A stretch of 64,000 nt of DNA from Acidobacteriota bacterium (GTDB lineage: Bacteria > Acidobacteriota > Thermoanaerobaculia > Thermoanaerobaculales > Sulfomarinibacteraceae): contig JAADFK010000037.1 in the NCBI GenBank assembly GCA_013152925.1, positions 12,076-76,075 of the forward strand, given 5' to 3'. The position numbers and the translations under genes are program-made. The first letter of the stretch is position 1, and each line of letters starts with the position of its first letter. The notes below the pieces were generated by a model, which was not told the origin of the DNA, ran no database searches, and saw only the letters and a program-made list of their open reading frames with translations. Below, one piece after another: positions 27,221 to 41,601 of the stretch.

Positions 27221-27460
27221 CCGGGCGCCGACGAACGGTCAGCCGTCCTGCCCCCTCCTGCAGTTCCCCAACCACCCAGGGTGAGGTCTCGGCCAGCGCC
27301 CATGGCCGCGACACTCCGGTTCTTCTTGCGAGGGTGGGAGCTCCGGTCACGGTCACGGTGTTCGCGCCGTTGACGGTCGATTCCTGCGCGGTGACGCGGA
27401 GCGCCGGACAGAGCGCCATTGGGGGTCTATCTCCCGGTGGGCACAGGCGGCCGGAACGTG

Positions 27461-27494
27461 AAAAAGAAAACGGCCCGGGCGGAGGCCCGGGCCG
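27461..27494 (-). terminator. rho-independent terminator of groESL
   Basis: On the minus strand, just after the groEL stop: CGGCCCGGGC-CTCC-GCCCGGGCCG stem-loop followed by TTTTCTTTTT. Confidence 0.75.
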
Positions 27495-27516
27495 TGGGGT
27501 TTCGAAAGGAGCGGGA

Positions 27517-29175
<1,659 letters not shown>

Positions 29176-29466
29176 TTACTTCTCGATGATGGCGAGGATC
29201 TCGTCCTCACGCACGATGGTGTATTCGTCGTCGTCGATCTTGATATCCGTACCGGAGTACTTTCCGATCAGGACGCGGTCGCCCTTCTTGACGGTCATGG
29301 GGATACGCTTGCCATCCTCGTCGATCTTGCCGTCGCCCACCGAGAAGACCTCGGCCTCCTGGGGCTTTTCCTTGGCCGTGTCGGGGATGATGATCCCGCC
29401 ACGCACCTGCTCTTCAGCTTCGATCCGCTTGAGAAGGACCCGGTCGTACAGAGGTTTCACTTGCAT
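29176..29466 (-). CDS. groES: co-chaperonin GroES
   Basis: ORF 29176..29607 trimmed to ATG 29466 ([40 protein letters not shown]...). GGAG SD upstream. Confidence 0.97.
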   Translation of the reverse strand: MQVKPLYDRVLLKRIEAEEQVRGGIIIPDTAKEKPQEAEVFSVGDGKIDEDGKRIPMTVKKGDRVLIGKYSGTDIKIDDDEYTIVREDEILAIIEK

Positions 29467-29498
29467 GTTCCTCACTCCTTTCGACTTGCCGTTGAATG

Positions 29499-29525
29499 TT
29501 AGCACTCGCAGTGTTTGAGTGCCAA
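29499..29525 (-). promoter_or_regulatory. CIRCE operator (HrcA binding site)
   Basis: TTAGCACTC-GCAGTGTTT-GAGTGCCAA matches consensus TTAGCACTC-N9-GAGTGCTAA with 1 mismatch. It lies between the -10 element and groES. Confidence 0.85.
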
Positions 29526-29529
29526 ACGC

Positions 29530-29558
29530 AATATAGGGCCTTCCAAACCTCATGTCAA
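29530..29558 (-). promoter_or_regulatory. sigma70-type groESL promoter
   Basis: The minus strand reads TTGACA (29558-29553), a 17-nt spacer, then TATATT (29535-29530), immediately upstream of CIRCE. Confidence 0.6.
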
Positions 29559-30062
29559 CCCCCGAGCCCCGAGATATGATGGCAGACTGCGCAGATGTGA
29601 GCTTCACCCGCGGGTTGCCTGTGACATGAAATATGAGTCGGATACACTAATAAGAGGTGTGGGCGGATTCCCGACGCTCGAGTGCTCGGAGTGAGATGAC
29701 TGCCGGGAGGAGGGTCGCTGGCAGCTGGGGATGTCTTCGAGCCACGGGTGGGTGTCATTCCCGTGTGGATTCAAGAGAAGGCCTGATGGTGCGGGGCTGA
29801 ACCGAACACCAATGAGAGGAGCCCGGACAATGCCCTGGTTACCGTGCCCGGCTCGCGACTCTGCGGCGCCACAATCGAGAGCTACATGGCGGTGGATTCC
29901 AGCCGGTTGGATCTCGAGATCTCCATCTCCCACGACGATGGGATTCACCGGGCCATGGGCAGGGTAGAATGCCGGTGTGATCTGGGAAGGATTTCCAACC
30001 GTCCCAAGCGCCGGCTCCGATGGCCGGCGCCATGCCGTGGAGGTGCTGTGAAGGAGATGCCG

Positions 30063-31370
30063 ATGATGTTGCCGGACGACGTGCCCGATCTGGTTGTCGT
30101 GCCGGAGGAGCTGGCCCCGGCCAACGACGGACCGGCGCACATGCGGGGTATTCCGGGGAGCCGCATGTTCGAGATCCGGGACGCCCTGGCGGTGTACCGG
30201 CGGGACAATCCGCACTCGGCCATGTACGACGCCTCCCAGGGCGACGGCGGCGCCAGCCTGCCCGGTGTTCCCGCCGAGGTGCTGTCCCAGGCGTTCCAGC
30301 TCCAGATGGAGCACGGGACCGGCTATGACAAGCCGTTCGGCACGGAGATGTTCCGGCAGTCGGTGGTCGAGGACTACTGGCAGCTCGACGCCTCCACGGG
30401 GTGGGGACCGGCGAACGTGATCGCCTGCCAGGGCGGGCGTGACGCGCTGGAAAAGGCGTACGAGGCGGCGCTCCACCTGGGCCATGGCCACAACGGCGAC
30501 TTTGTCGTCGTTTCCCGGGTTCCGTGGATCTCGTACAACTGGGGTCCCTACGCCGTTGGGGCCAACGTCATGCTGGCCCCGGGCTCCGAGGATGCCGCCT
30601 GGGCCCTGACGCCCGGGGGCATCGAGGCCTGCGTGGCGGGCGCCTCCGCCTTCGACGGCCGCAAGGTCGCCGTGCTGGTCATCACGAGCCCGGACAACCC
30701 GACCGGGCGGACCCTCAGCGAGTCCCGGCAGCTCGAGCTCGCCCGTGCGGCGTTTCGCGCCGGCATCCCCTTCGTTCTCTTCGACTGGATCTACCACCGG
30801 GTGACCGATGGCAAGCCCCACGATCTCAACGCTTTTCTCGATGCCATGGAGCCGGCCGAGCGAGAGCGGTGCATCTTCCTTGACGGTATTACCAAGTCCC
30901 TGGGCGGCAGCAACATCCGGAACGCCCACCTGGTGGCTTCCGAGCGCGTGGTCCGGTTCATCCAGAGCCGCGCCTCCCACGGGGTCATCCCGTCCTTCTT
31001 CTCCCAGGCGGTGGCCATCGCGGCCTACCGGATGGGCTTCGACCGGGCGGCCCGCGGCATCGTCGAGCCCACCAACGCCAGCCGCCAGGTGCTGGGCACG
31101 TTCCTGTCGCACAAGGGGCTCCGGCATATCCTGGGCAAGGGCTACTACGCCTTCATCGACGTGGGGGAGTGGATCGACCGTGCCCGCTTGAAGGACAGCG
31201 CCGCGCTGGGCGCCATACTGGCGGAGCGTCACGGTCTGGCGGTGGTTCCCGGCGTCTACTTCAGCGCCTACGGGAAGGCCTGGATCCGCTTTTCCTACGC
31301 GCTGCCCCCAGAGGAGACCGAGGCCGCCGCGGAGCGGTTGTGGACGGCCCTGGAGGAGATCGGCCGGTGA
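30063..31370 (+). CDS. class I/II PLP-dependent aminotransferase
   Basis: ORF 29844..31370 trimmed to ATG 30063, 6 nt after AAGGAG (ATG 30057/30066 also possible). Contains SPDNPTGRTL ... ITKSLGGSNIRNAHL (PLP-Lys region). Confidence 0.85.
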   Translation: MMLPDDVPDLVVVPEELAPANDGPAHMRGIPGSRMFEIRDALAVYRRDNPHSAMYDASQGDGGASLPGVPAEVLSQAFQLQMEHGTGYDKPFGTEMFRQSVVEDYWQLDASTGWGPANVIACQGGRDALEKAYEAALHLGHGHNGDFVVVSRVPWISYNWGPYAVGANVMLAPGSEDAAWALTPGGIEACVAGASAFDGRKVAVLVITSPDNPTGRTLSESRQLELARAAFRAGIPFVLFDWIYHRVTDGKPHDLNAFLDAMEPAERERCIFLDGITKSLGGSNIRNAHLVASERVVRFIQSRASHGVIPSFFSQAVAIAAYRMGFDRAARGIVEPTNASRQVLGTFLSHKGLRHILGKGYYAFIDVGEWIDRARLKDSAALGAILAERHGLAVVPGVYFSAYGKAWIRFSYALPPEETEAAAERLWTALEEIGR

Positions 31371-31407
31371 TGCGGCGCCGGCTTCGCAGCGGGAGACGGT
31401 TGGCGCC

Positions 31408-34242
31408 GTGAACCGGGCTGATCTCGAGCGTTTCGCGGAACGGGCTCGCCTGGCCGCGGAGGCGGCCCTGGTGGAGGATCCCGGTGGCGGTAGCTTCGGT
31501 CTGGAGGTCGAGCTCAATATCCTGGACGGCGAGCTACACCCCGTCCGGCGCGTCGGATTCGGTCCGGAGCGCCGGTCCTTCGCCGATTGCATGCTCGAGG
31601 AGCGTCTGCCCGCCTGGGCCAGGGACCGGTTCCAGCTGGAGGTCTTCGAGTGGATGGTGGAGGCGGCCACGGCGCCGTACCACGACCCGCGTCTGGCGGT
31701 GGCCGAGGCGCGGCTCCTGGAGACCGTCGTCAACCGGGCGCTCCGCGATGCGGAGTTGGCCTTTGGCGCGCCCCTCCTGGCGCTCCACGGAACGATCCCC
31801 GGCCCCGTGCCGGCGACTCCGGAGGCCATCCCGGGGGGCTGGAACCTGGCGCGGAAGCGGTACCTCTCGCGCTGCGTGGAGCTGTTCGGCAGTGATCTCG
31901 CGACGGCGGGCGTTCATACCAACCACTCGTTTCCCGAGCCACTGGTCGCCTGGGATTACCTGCACCTGCCGGAGTCCGAGCGCCGCGCCCGTTCCCTGGA
32001 GGCGTTCCGAAACGAAGCGGTGATCCGGGCCACACGTCTCCTCAGGCCATTCTGTCCGCTGTTCATCGCCGTGTCGGCCGCCTCGCCGCTGGCCTACGTC
32101 GAGACCGGCGGAGAGCCGCGGGTGGTCCTGGCCGGGGCCGACTCCATGCGCTGGCTGACCTTCCCCTGCCCGGAGGAGCTGGATCCACCCGGGCTCTACG
32201 CGAGCCATGGAGAGTACCTGAGGCTCTCCTACGAGCTGGTCCGTTCGGGCAGACGTTTCGGCGCCAACAATTGGACGCCGGTCCGCGCACGCTCCGGCGT
32301 GGACCCGGTCCACCGCAACATCCGGGCGACCGCCGAGCAGCTACGCGAGCTCTACCGCATGGGCCTGTACGCCGACGACGAGGTCTCCACGCTGGAGAGT
32401 GCCGAGAAGGCGATCCTGGTGGAGCAGCTGTGCGCGCGCGTGGACCTCCCCATGCAGCGAGTGGAGGTGCGCACGGACGAGGGGGGCGAGTCCCAGGATC
32501 TCGCCCTGGCCAAGTTGGTGTTCAAGCAGCTCCTGGTGCTGCGTCACTATGCGGATCCGGAGGCCGGCAACGGCTTCGGCTACGGTGCCGGGGATCTGGC
32601 GCGGACGCGCCGCAACGAGGAGGCGGCGGCCCGGCGCGGTCTCGACGCCGAGGTCGAACATCCCTTCGGCGAGGGGCGCGTCGGCATCCGCCCGTGGCTG
32701 GCCGCAATTCTCGAGGATCTCAAGCCACTGGCCGTAATCCTCGGTTGGGAGGGGGCGCTCGAGCCCCTGCGGGAGATGGCGGGCGGCGGTCCCAACACGG
32801 CCGGGCTGATGCGGTGCTGGCTCCGGAGGGAGGCCGGCGGGCTCGAACGGGACCGGGAGGGCCGGGAGATCGTGCCCGTGCCGTTGATCCGGACCTGGAC
32901 GGAGGCTCGCCGGGAGCGGCTGGAGCGTGAAAGCCAGGAGCTGCTGCAGGGGCTGGAAGGAGCCTCCGAGTGGGCGAAGATCGCGCCGTTGAAGGAGGGG
33001 CTCTATCCGGGTGAGGCGCGGGGCGGCCGTGGTGGAGCGGTGCGCCTCGGGGCCGGCGATGCGGTCCGGGAGACCCTGGGTTCCCGGGTGCGTGACGTGA
33101 TCGGACTGGCTGTGGAGCTGATCGGGATACCCTCCGTGACCAACTGCCCCGAGGAGCGCCTGGAGGAGGTCGGACGGTGCGGCCGCTTCATCGCACGATG
33201 GCTGCGGGACGCCGGGCTTGTCGTGCGGTTGTACGACAATGGCAGGTACCCGGCGGTTCTGGCGGCGCTGCCCGGGGCCCCACCGGCCGAGGTCACCCTC
33301 TGCGGTCACTTCGACGTGGTCAAGCCCGAGCCGGACGACCGGCAGCTCGAGCCGCGGATCGAGGGAGACTGGTTGTGGGGACGGGGTGCCGCCGACATGA
33401 AAACCGTGGTCGCCAGCTTCATGGTGTGGATGGCCGAGAGGGCCCGGCGGGGCCAGGCGCCGCCGATCAACCTGCTGCTCGTTGGCAACGAGGAGAACGG
33501 CGAGGCGGATCCCTGGGGAACGCCCCAGGTTCTCGACGACCTGCGCCGGCGTGAGGGCTGGGAGCCCGGGTTCATGATCGTCGGCGAGCGGACGGGCGAG
33601 AAGGGGCAGGAGCTCGTTGGCAAGATCTGTCCAGAAAGCCGCGGGATCGTGCGATGCCGCCTCATCGCCCGGGGGCGGCGAGGCCACACCGGTGTCGCTG
33701 GCGCCAGCAGCGATCTACTGGACACCTTGATCGCGGCGCGGCAGTCACTGGGTACCCTGTGCGCGCGTCACCTGCGGCTCTCCAGCCGGGACGGCTGGCA
33801 GAGCTCGGCACGGTTTCCATTCCTGAGCGTCGGAGAGCCCGGCGTCTACAACGTCAGCGCCGGCGAAGGAGAGCTCGGCCTGGAGATCCGGCCCATACCC
33901 GGCGAAGATCTCGACGCGGTGCTCCGGGGAGCCCGGAAGATCTGCAGCGACCTGGAGCTCGAGCTCGCGGTGGAGGTCATGGAGCCCGGCGTCGTGTGCC
34001 CGGAGGACGACCCCAGGCTGGCCCTGCTTCTCGAGGCGGTCCTGGAGGCCACCGGGGAGCCGGCGGTCCTCGGCCGCAAGCTGCCGGGGAGCTCGGCCCG
34101 CTTTGCGCCGGGAGGCCGCCAGGTTGTCTGGGGCCAGAGCGGCGTTGGTCCCCATTCGGCCGAGGAACGTCACTTCCTGCCCAGCATCGAACCCTACCTG
34201 GAGATCGTGGACGCCTTTGCGGAACGGCTGACACGCCGGTAG
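31408..34242 (+). CDS. fusion protein: GshA-like glutamate-cysteine-ligase-family domain + M20 (ArgE/DapE/ACY1) metallohydrolase domain
   Basis: 944 aa. The N-terminal ~540 aa include FGLEVELNILDGELHPV and are GCL/carboxylate-amine-ligase-like. The C-terminal ~400 aa carry LCGHFDVV, WGRGAADMK and LVGNEENGE M20 metal-site motifs. It starts 37 nt after the aminotransferase. Confidence 0.8.
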   Translation: MNRADLERFAERARLAAEAALVEDPGGGSFGLEVELNILDGELHPVRRVGFGPERRSFADCMLEERLPAWARDRFQLEVFEWMVEAATAPYHDPRLAVAEARLLETVVNRALRDAELAFGAPLLALHGTIPGPVPATPEAIPGGWNLARKRYLSRCVELFGSDLATAGVHTNHSFPEPLVAWDYLHLPESERRARSLEAFRNEAVIRATRLLRPFCPLFIAVSAASPLAYVETGGEPRVVLAGADSMRWLTFPCPEELDPPGLYASHGEYLRLSYELVRSGRRFGANNWTPVRARSGVDPVHRNIRATAEQLRELYRMGLYADDEVSTLESAEKAILVEQLCARVDLPMQRVEVRTDEGGESQDLALAKLVFKQLLVLRHYADPEAGNGFGYGAGDLARTRRNEEAAARRGLDAEVEHPFGEGRVGIRPWLAAILEDLKPLAVILGWEGALEPLREMAGGGPNTAGLMRCWLRREAGGLERDREGREIVPVPLIRTWTEARRERLERESQELLQGLEGASEWAKIAPLKEGLYPGEARGGRGGAVRLGAGDAVRETLGSRVRDVIGLAVELIGIPSVTNCPEERLEEVGRCGRFIARWLRDAGLVVRLYDNGRYPAVLAALPGAPPAEVTLCGHFDVVKPEPDDRQLEPRIEGDWLWGRGAADMKTVVASFMVWMAERARRGQAPPINLLLVGNEENGEADPWGTPQVLDDLRRREGWEPGFMIVGERTGEKGQELVGKICPESRGIVRCRLIARGRRGHTGVAGASSDLLDTLIAARQSLGTLCARHLRLSSRDGWQSSARFPFLSVGEPGVYNVSAGEGELGLEIRPIPGEDLDAVLRGARKICSDLELELAVEVMEPGVVCPEDDPRLALLLEAVLEATGEPAVLGRKLPGSSARFAPGGRQVVWGQSGVGPHSAEERHFLPSIEPYLEIVDAFAERLTRR

Positions 34243-34566
34243 GCGTGGGGACCATTCCCACGCGTCCATGCGTCGTGGGCGGACCGTCCTCGGCGATTCC
34301 GGCGAGCCCGACAGGTGCTGGGAAGCGGCAACCTGCGAATCCACGACAGCCGCTGTGGAACGGGGTGTGGTGGCCATTCATGCTGCCGTCCCGGGTGCGA
34401 AGGTGGCTCTCAAGGGGCCATGGGGCCCCTGCGGGCCGGTGCACGGGGCGGGCTGCGCCATTCTGCCTTCCCGTGGGGCTGACGGTCCGGGCGGGATTGG
34501 CATGCGTCCGTTTCCCGGAAGGAAAGGGAGCCGCGGGCCACCGTCTCCGATTATACTGACAGCGCT

Positions 34567-35160
34567 GTGCCGATCTCCTTGATACCCGCCGTTGATGACC
34601 GGGCGCCGCGGCGCGGCAGCGCACCGGGTCGCGCTCTCGGGCGCCTGTTGCTTCGATTGGGGGGATGGGAGGTCACCGGCACGATGCCCGGCGTGCCCCG
34701 CGCGGTGATGATCATCGCGCCCCACACGTCCAATTGGGACTTCCTCGTGGGCATCTCAACCATGCTCGCCCTGGACCTGGACCTGAGCTTCCTCGCCAAG
34801 CACACGCTTTTCCGGTGGCCCCTCGGGCCGGTCATGCGCTTCCTGGGAGGAATCCCTGTGGATCGGACCCAGCCGCGGATCGGGACCGTGGGCACGCTCG
34901 CCGCGAGGTTCAAATCGTCCGACCGGCTGATCCTTGCTCTGTCGCCGGAGGGAACCCGAAGGACCGTGGAACGGTGGCACACCGGTTTCCACCGCATCGC
35001 CAAGGCCGCCGGGGTCCCAATCATTCCCGTGGCGCTGGATTATCGCAGCCACACGGTCCGTTTCGGCGAGCCCTACACGCCCACCCCCGACCTGGATCAC
35101 GATCTCGCCAGGCTGCAGGCGTTCTTCGCCGCAGTCGAAGGCCGCAGGCGCTCCGGGTGA
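34567..35160 (+). CDS. lysophospholipid (PlsC-like) acyltransferase
   Basis: 197 aa. IIAPHTSNWDF (HX4D), LSPEGTRR, GVPIIPVAL blocks. Confidence 0.8.
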   Translation: MPISLIPAVDDRAPRRGSAPGRALGRLLLRLGGWEVTGTMPGVPRAVMIIAPHTSNWDFLVGISTMLALDLDLSFLAKHTLFRWPLGPVMRFLGGIPVDRTQPRIGTVGTLAARFKSSDRLILALSPEGTRRTVERWHTGFHRIAKAAGVPIIPVALDYRSHTVRFGEPYTPTPDLDHDLARLQAFFAAVEGRRRSG

Positions 35161-35439
35161 CGGGTTCATCGGCACCTGCCGAAACGACTTCGGCGATTCC
35201 GGGTCGAGGTGCCGAAGATCGTGCCGTCCTGGTTCAGCGGCGAAGCGTCAATCCCCGAGGTGAGGCCGTCACAGCCACAATCGGGAGGAAGCCACGTATC
35301 ACCATTCCACAGCGTCGGCTCTCTCTCCGAATGCGCCGCCCTGGCCCGCGCCGGAGCAACGATCTCGCGGCTGTTCCGGAAGCTCGCGCGCCGGCGCCGC
35401 GAGTCCCCGGCGCTCGCCGTGGGGCTCTGCGTCCACCGG

Positions 35440-36465
35440 TCAGTTCCCGTCGAAGAACCCGCCGATGCCGCCCATCTTGCCGAGGATGGAGCCTTCGCCC
35501 TTGTCCTTGCCGCCGGCCTGGGGCGCCGCCGCCCAGATCCTGCCGGCCATGCGGCTGAAGGGGAGGGACTGGAGCCAAACGTGGCCGGGACCGGTCAGCG
35601 TTGCGAAGAAGAAGCCCTCACCGCCGAAGATTGCCGACTTGACGCCGCCGACGAACTGGATGTCATAGCTGACAGACGGCATCAGGGCGACAATGCAGCC
35701 CGTGTCCACGCGAAGGGTTTCGCCGGGCCCCAACTCCTTCTGGACCAGGGTGCCCCCGGCGTGGACGAAGGCAAAGCCGTCGCCCTCGAGCTTCTGCATG
35801 ATGAACCCCTCGCCGCCGAAGAGGCCGACGCCGATCTTCTTCTGGAAGGCGATTCCGATGGAGACACCCTTGGCCGCACAGAGGAAGGCGTCCTTCTGAC
35901 AGATCAGGGTGCCACCCATCTCTCCAAGGTTCATGGGGAGGATGGTGCCGGGATAGGGTGCTGCAAAGGCCACGTGGCGCTTGCCCGAGCCGCGGTGACC
36001 GAAGAGTGTCATGAAGAGGCTCTCGCCCGTCAGCAGCCGCTTTCCGGCGCCCATCAGGGCATCCATGATGCCGCCCTTCGTGGAGGCCGAGCCGTCTCCG
36101 AAGATGGTCTCCATCTCGATGCCGTCCTCCATGTACATCATGGCGCCGGCCTCGGCCACGACAGATTCGCCGGGATCGAGCTCAACCTCGACATACTGCA
36201 TGTCCTCGCCGAAGATCTTGAAGTCCACCTCGTCGGCGCCACGGGCGGCGCCGAAGGATGGCGCGGGCGGTGGCGGGGCCGCAGCCGCAGGTGTGCCACC
36301 CAGCTCGGGGACCTGGCCGGCGGCCTTCCAGCCATCCATGCCTTGCTTGAAGACCATGGTCTGCGCCGTGTAGTTACCGCGGGCCATACCCTCCTTGAGC
36401 TCGTCCAGACTCATGGGACCGACGCTCTGTCCGCCCTCCGCCACGTACCAGACCTTGTCGCTCAT
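35440..36465 (-). CDS. GYF_2-like N-terminal domain + TIGR00266/AIM24-family protein
   Basis: ORF 35440..36528 trimmed to ATG 36465 after [37 protein letters not shown]...[14 protein letters not shown], then [31 protein letters not shown]... AIM24-type beta-helix repeats. Confidence 0.85.
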   Translation of the reverse strand: MSDKVWYVAEGGQSVGPMSLDELKEGMARGNYTAQTMVFKQGMDGWKAAGQVPELGGTPAAAAPPPPAPSFGAARGADEVDFKIFGEDMQYVEVELDPGESVVAEAGAMMYMEDGIEMETIFGDGSASTKGGIMDALMGAGKRLLTGESLFMTLFGHRGSGKRHVAFAAPYPGTILPMNLGEMGGTLICQKDAFLCAAKGVSIGIAFQKKIGVGLFGGEGFIMQKLEGDGFAFVHAGGTLVQKELGPGETLRVDTGCIVALMPSVSYDIQFVGGVKSAIFGGEGFFFATLTGPGHVWLQSLPFSRMAGRIWAAAPQAGGKDKGEGSILGKMGGIGGFFDGN

Positions 36466-36565
36466 GCTGTCCTCCCGGCATACCTGGAACGTTCGGCCGA
36501 GGCCGGCCATTCCAGCTGTTTTGCGCACACTCTAGCACGCCCCCGGAAAGAGAAACCGACAAAGA

Positions 36566-36643
36566 GAAGGTGACACTGTTTTCTCCCGAAGAGAAGAAGG
36601 TGACACTGTTTTCCATGGAAGAAGGTGACACCGTTTTCTCCCG
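36566..36643. repeat. three direct 18-bp repeats GAAGGTGACAC(T/C)GTTTTC
   Basis: Copies at 36566-36583, 36596-36613 and 36621-36638. Copies 1 and 3 extend to ...TCTCCCG. They lie 100-180 nt upstream of the GYF-TIGR00266 start and just downstream of the P-II-like gene. Confidence 0.8.
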
Positions 36644-36722
36644 GCGTTGGGCAGCGCGACACCGGAGCTGCCAGCTCCCTTTGGAAGGGGTGCCGGAAGG
36701 GGTGTGCTGCGGTCTCTTGACC

Positions 36723-37088
36723 TCAAGCCGGGTCGTCACGATCCGCCGAACGGATCGCCCGGGCACCCCGGTCGCCGGTCCGGATCCGGACGGCAGCGGC
36801 CAGATCGAGCACGAAGATCTTGCCATCGCCCCGCCGGCCGCTCTTGGCCGAGGTGGCAATGGCCTCGACGATGGCCTCCGCCTGCTCGTCGACAGCGGCG
36901 ATCTCAAGGCGCACCTTGCCGGTGAACTCGGTCAGAGCCTCCCGGGGCGTGTGCACCCGGTGCACCTTCCCCTGGCCGAAGCCCCGGACCTCGGACACGG
37001 ACATCCCGGGGAAGAGGGGAAGATGGAGGAGCGCATGCTCCACCCTCGTCAGTGCGTGTGGCTGGATGTAGGCGATGATCAGCTTCAT
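36723..37088 (-). CDS. P-II (GlnB-like) family protein
   Basis: ORF trimmed to MKLIIAYIQPHALTRVEHAL...GMSVSEVRGFGQGK...GDGKIFVLDLAAAVRIRTGDRG. This is collinear with the P-II fold motifs. It is the last gene after czcA. Confidence 0.75.
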   Translation of the reverse strand: MKLIIAYIQPHALTRVEHALLHLPLFPGMSVSEVRGFGQGKVHRVHTPREALTEFTGKVRLEIAAVDEQAEAIVEAIATSAKSGRRGDGKIFVLDLAAAVRIRTGDRGARAIRSADRDDPA

Positions 37089-37267
37089 GTTACCCCCATC
37101 ATACAGCATCCATCTGCTGCAGCGCGGGATACGCCGTGTCCGGCGGCGCCTTCTCGATGCAGTCGCTCGATGTGCCGCCAGCACGCCTTCGCTCCTTCAT
37201 CTTGCGACAACGCCGTCGTACACGACGTCTCCCACGCTTCGCGACGATGCCTGCTGCATGATGCGGC

Positions 37268-40383
<3,116 letters not shown>

Positions 40384-40384
<1 letters not shown>

Positions 40385-41601
40385 TATTCCTCCTCGCCGA
40401 GCTCGTCCTTGAGGAGCTCACCCTTGAGTGTGAACGCGCCGCGCGCGGCGATCCGGTCACCCTCGTCGAGGCCCTCGGCAATCTCCAGCTGGCCGCCGAA
40501 GGCGCCGGACACGGTGATTGGAACGGGCTCGAAGCGTCCCGGGCCGATCTCCCGGAACACGACGGACCGCCCCTCCACGTCCTGAACGGCTTCCCGCGGG
40601 ACCACCAGCGCCTCCCGGGCGGCCGGCACGGCCACCGTGGCCCGGACGAACATCCCCGGCAGCAGCCGTTCTCCGGGGTTGGCAAGGCGAACGCGGACCC
40701 GGGCCGCCCGGGTCTGGGGCTCCACCTCGCCGATGAAGTCGATGGTGCCCTCGAAGGTCTCGGCAGGCAGGGCCTCCGCCACGATGGTGACCTTCTGGCC
40801 CTTCCGGATTCCCGCGAGGTCCTTCTCGTACACGTCGAGCCAGGCCCAGAGACTCGTGAGATCGGAGACGACCACGAGGGTTTGCAGGCGGTCGACGACC
40901 TCGCCGCGGGAGACCTCGATGCGGGTGACGGTCCCCGCCATGGGCGAGCGGACCGTCAGCTCCGGAGAGACGACCCCGTGGAGGGATGCGTCTTCCCGCA
41001 GGCTCTCCCCGAGGCGGCGGATGTCCTTCTCGCCCATATCGAAGAGATGGAGCCGGTTTTCGGCGAAGGCCAGGGTTGCCTCCGCCCGGCGGAGGGCGCC
41101 CTCGCGTTCCAGGAACTCGCCCTGGGAAATCGCCTTGGCCTCCACCAGCCGCCGGGCCCGTTCGGCGGATTGTTTGACCACCCGGTACTCTGCCAGGCGG
41201 GAGAGGTACTCGGACTGTGCTTCACCGAGCTCCGGGCTGTCCAGCACACAGACGGCATCGCCGCGCCGGACCGAGCTTCCGAAGTCCTTGAGGAGCTCGA
41301 CCACCCGGCCCGAGATCCGGGACGAGATGCGGGCCGTGCGCGTTTCATCGTAGGCGGCGGCGCCCGTCAGGCCGACCTCGCGCAGTGGAAGCGTCCGGGC
41401 GACGGTGACCACCTTGATGCCGGCCGCCTTCATCTGGCCGGCGTCCAACTCGACGGTCGCGGGACCGGCCTTCTTGGCCTGCTCGGCCTTCGGAGGCTCG
41501 CCAGGCGTCTTGGAACAGGACAGTCCGAAGCTCAGCGCCACGGCGAGCGATCCGGCGAGGACCGGCCGGAAGATCCTGGGGGTGATGGTGGACGTGCTCA
41601 T
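40384..41601 (-). CDS. czcB: RND efflux periplasmic adaptor (CzcB/HlyD-like)
   Basis: ORF 40384..42000 trimmed to ATG 41601, overlapping the czcC stop (ATGA). Lipoprotein-like start MSTSTITPRIFRPVLAGSLAVALSFGLSCSK. Barrel-sandwich and hairpin regions. Confidence 0.9.

Noticed and set aside
29789-29810. GGGGCTGAACCGAAC looked like a tmRNA 5' end (GGGGCTGA...)
   Set aside because: No TTCGAC acceptor/T-arm context, no tag-peptide reading frame, and no 3' ...TCCACCA. It is better explained as a half CRISPR-like repeat or chance.
34243-34566. 324-bp gap after the ligase-M20 gene checked for an RNA gene. A GCGTGGG-N7-CCCACGC hairpin lies at 34243-34263.
   Set aside because: The hairpin lacks a U-tract, and I could not match the rest to SRP, 6S or riboswitch consensus by eye. 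There is not enough evidence to call a terminator or ncRNA.
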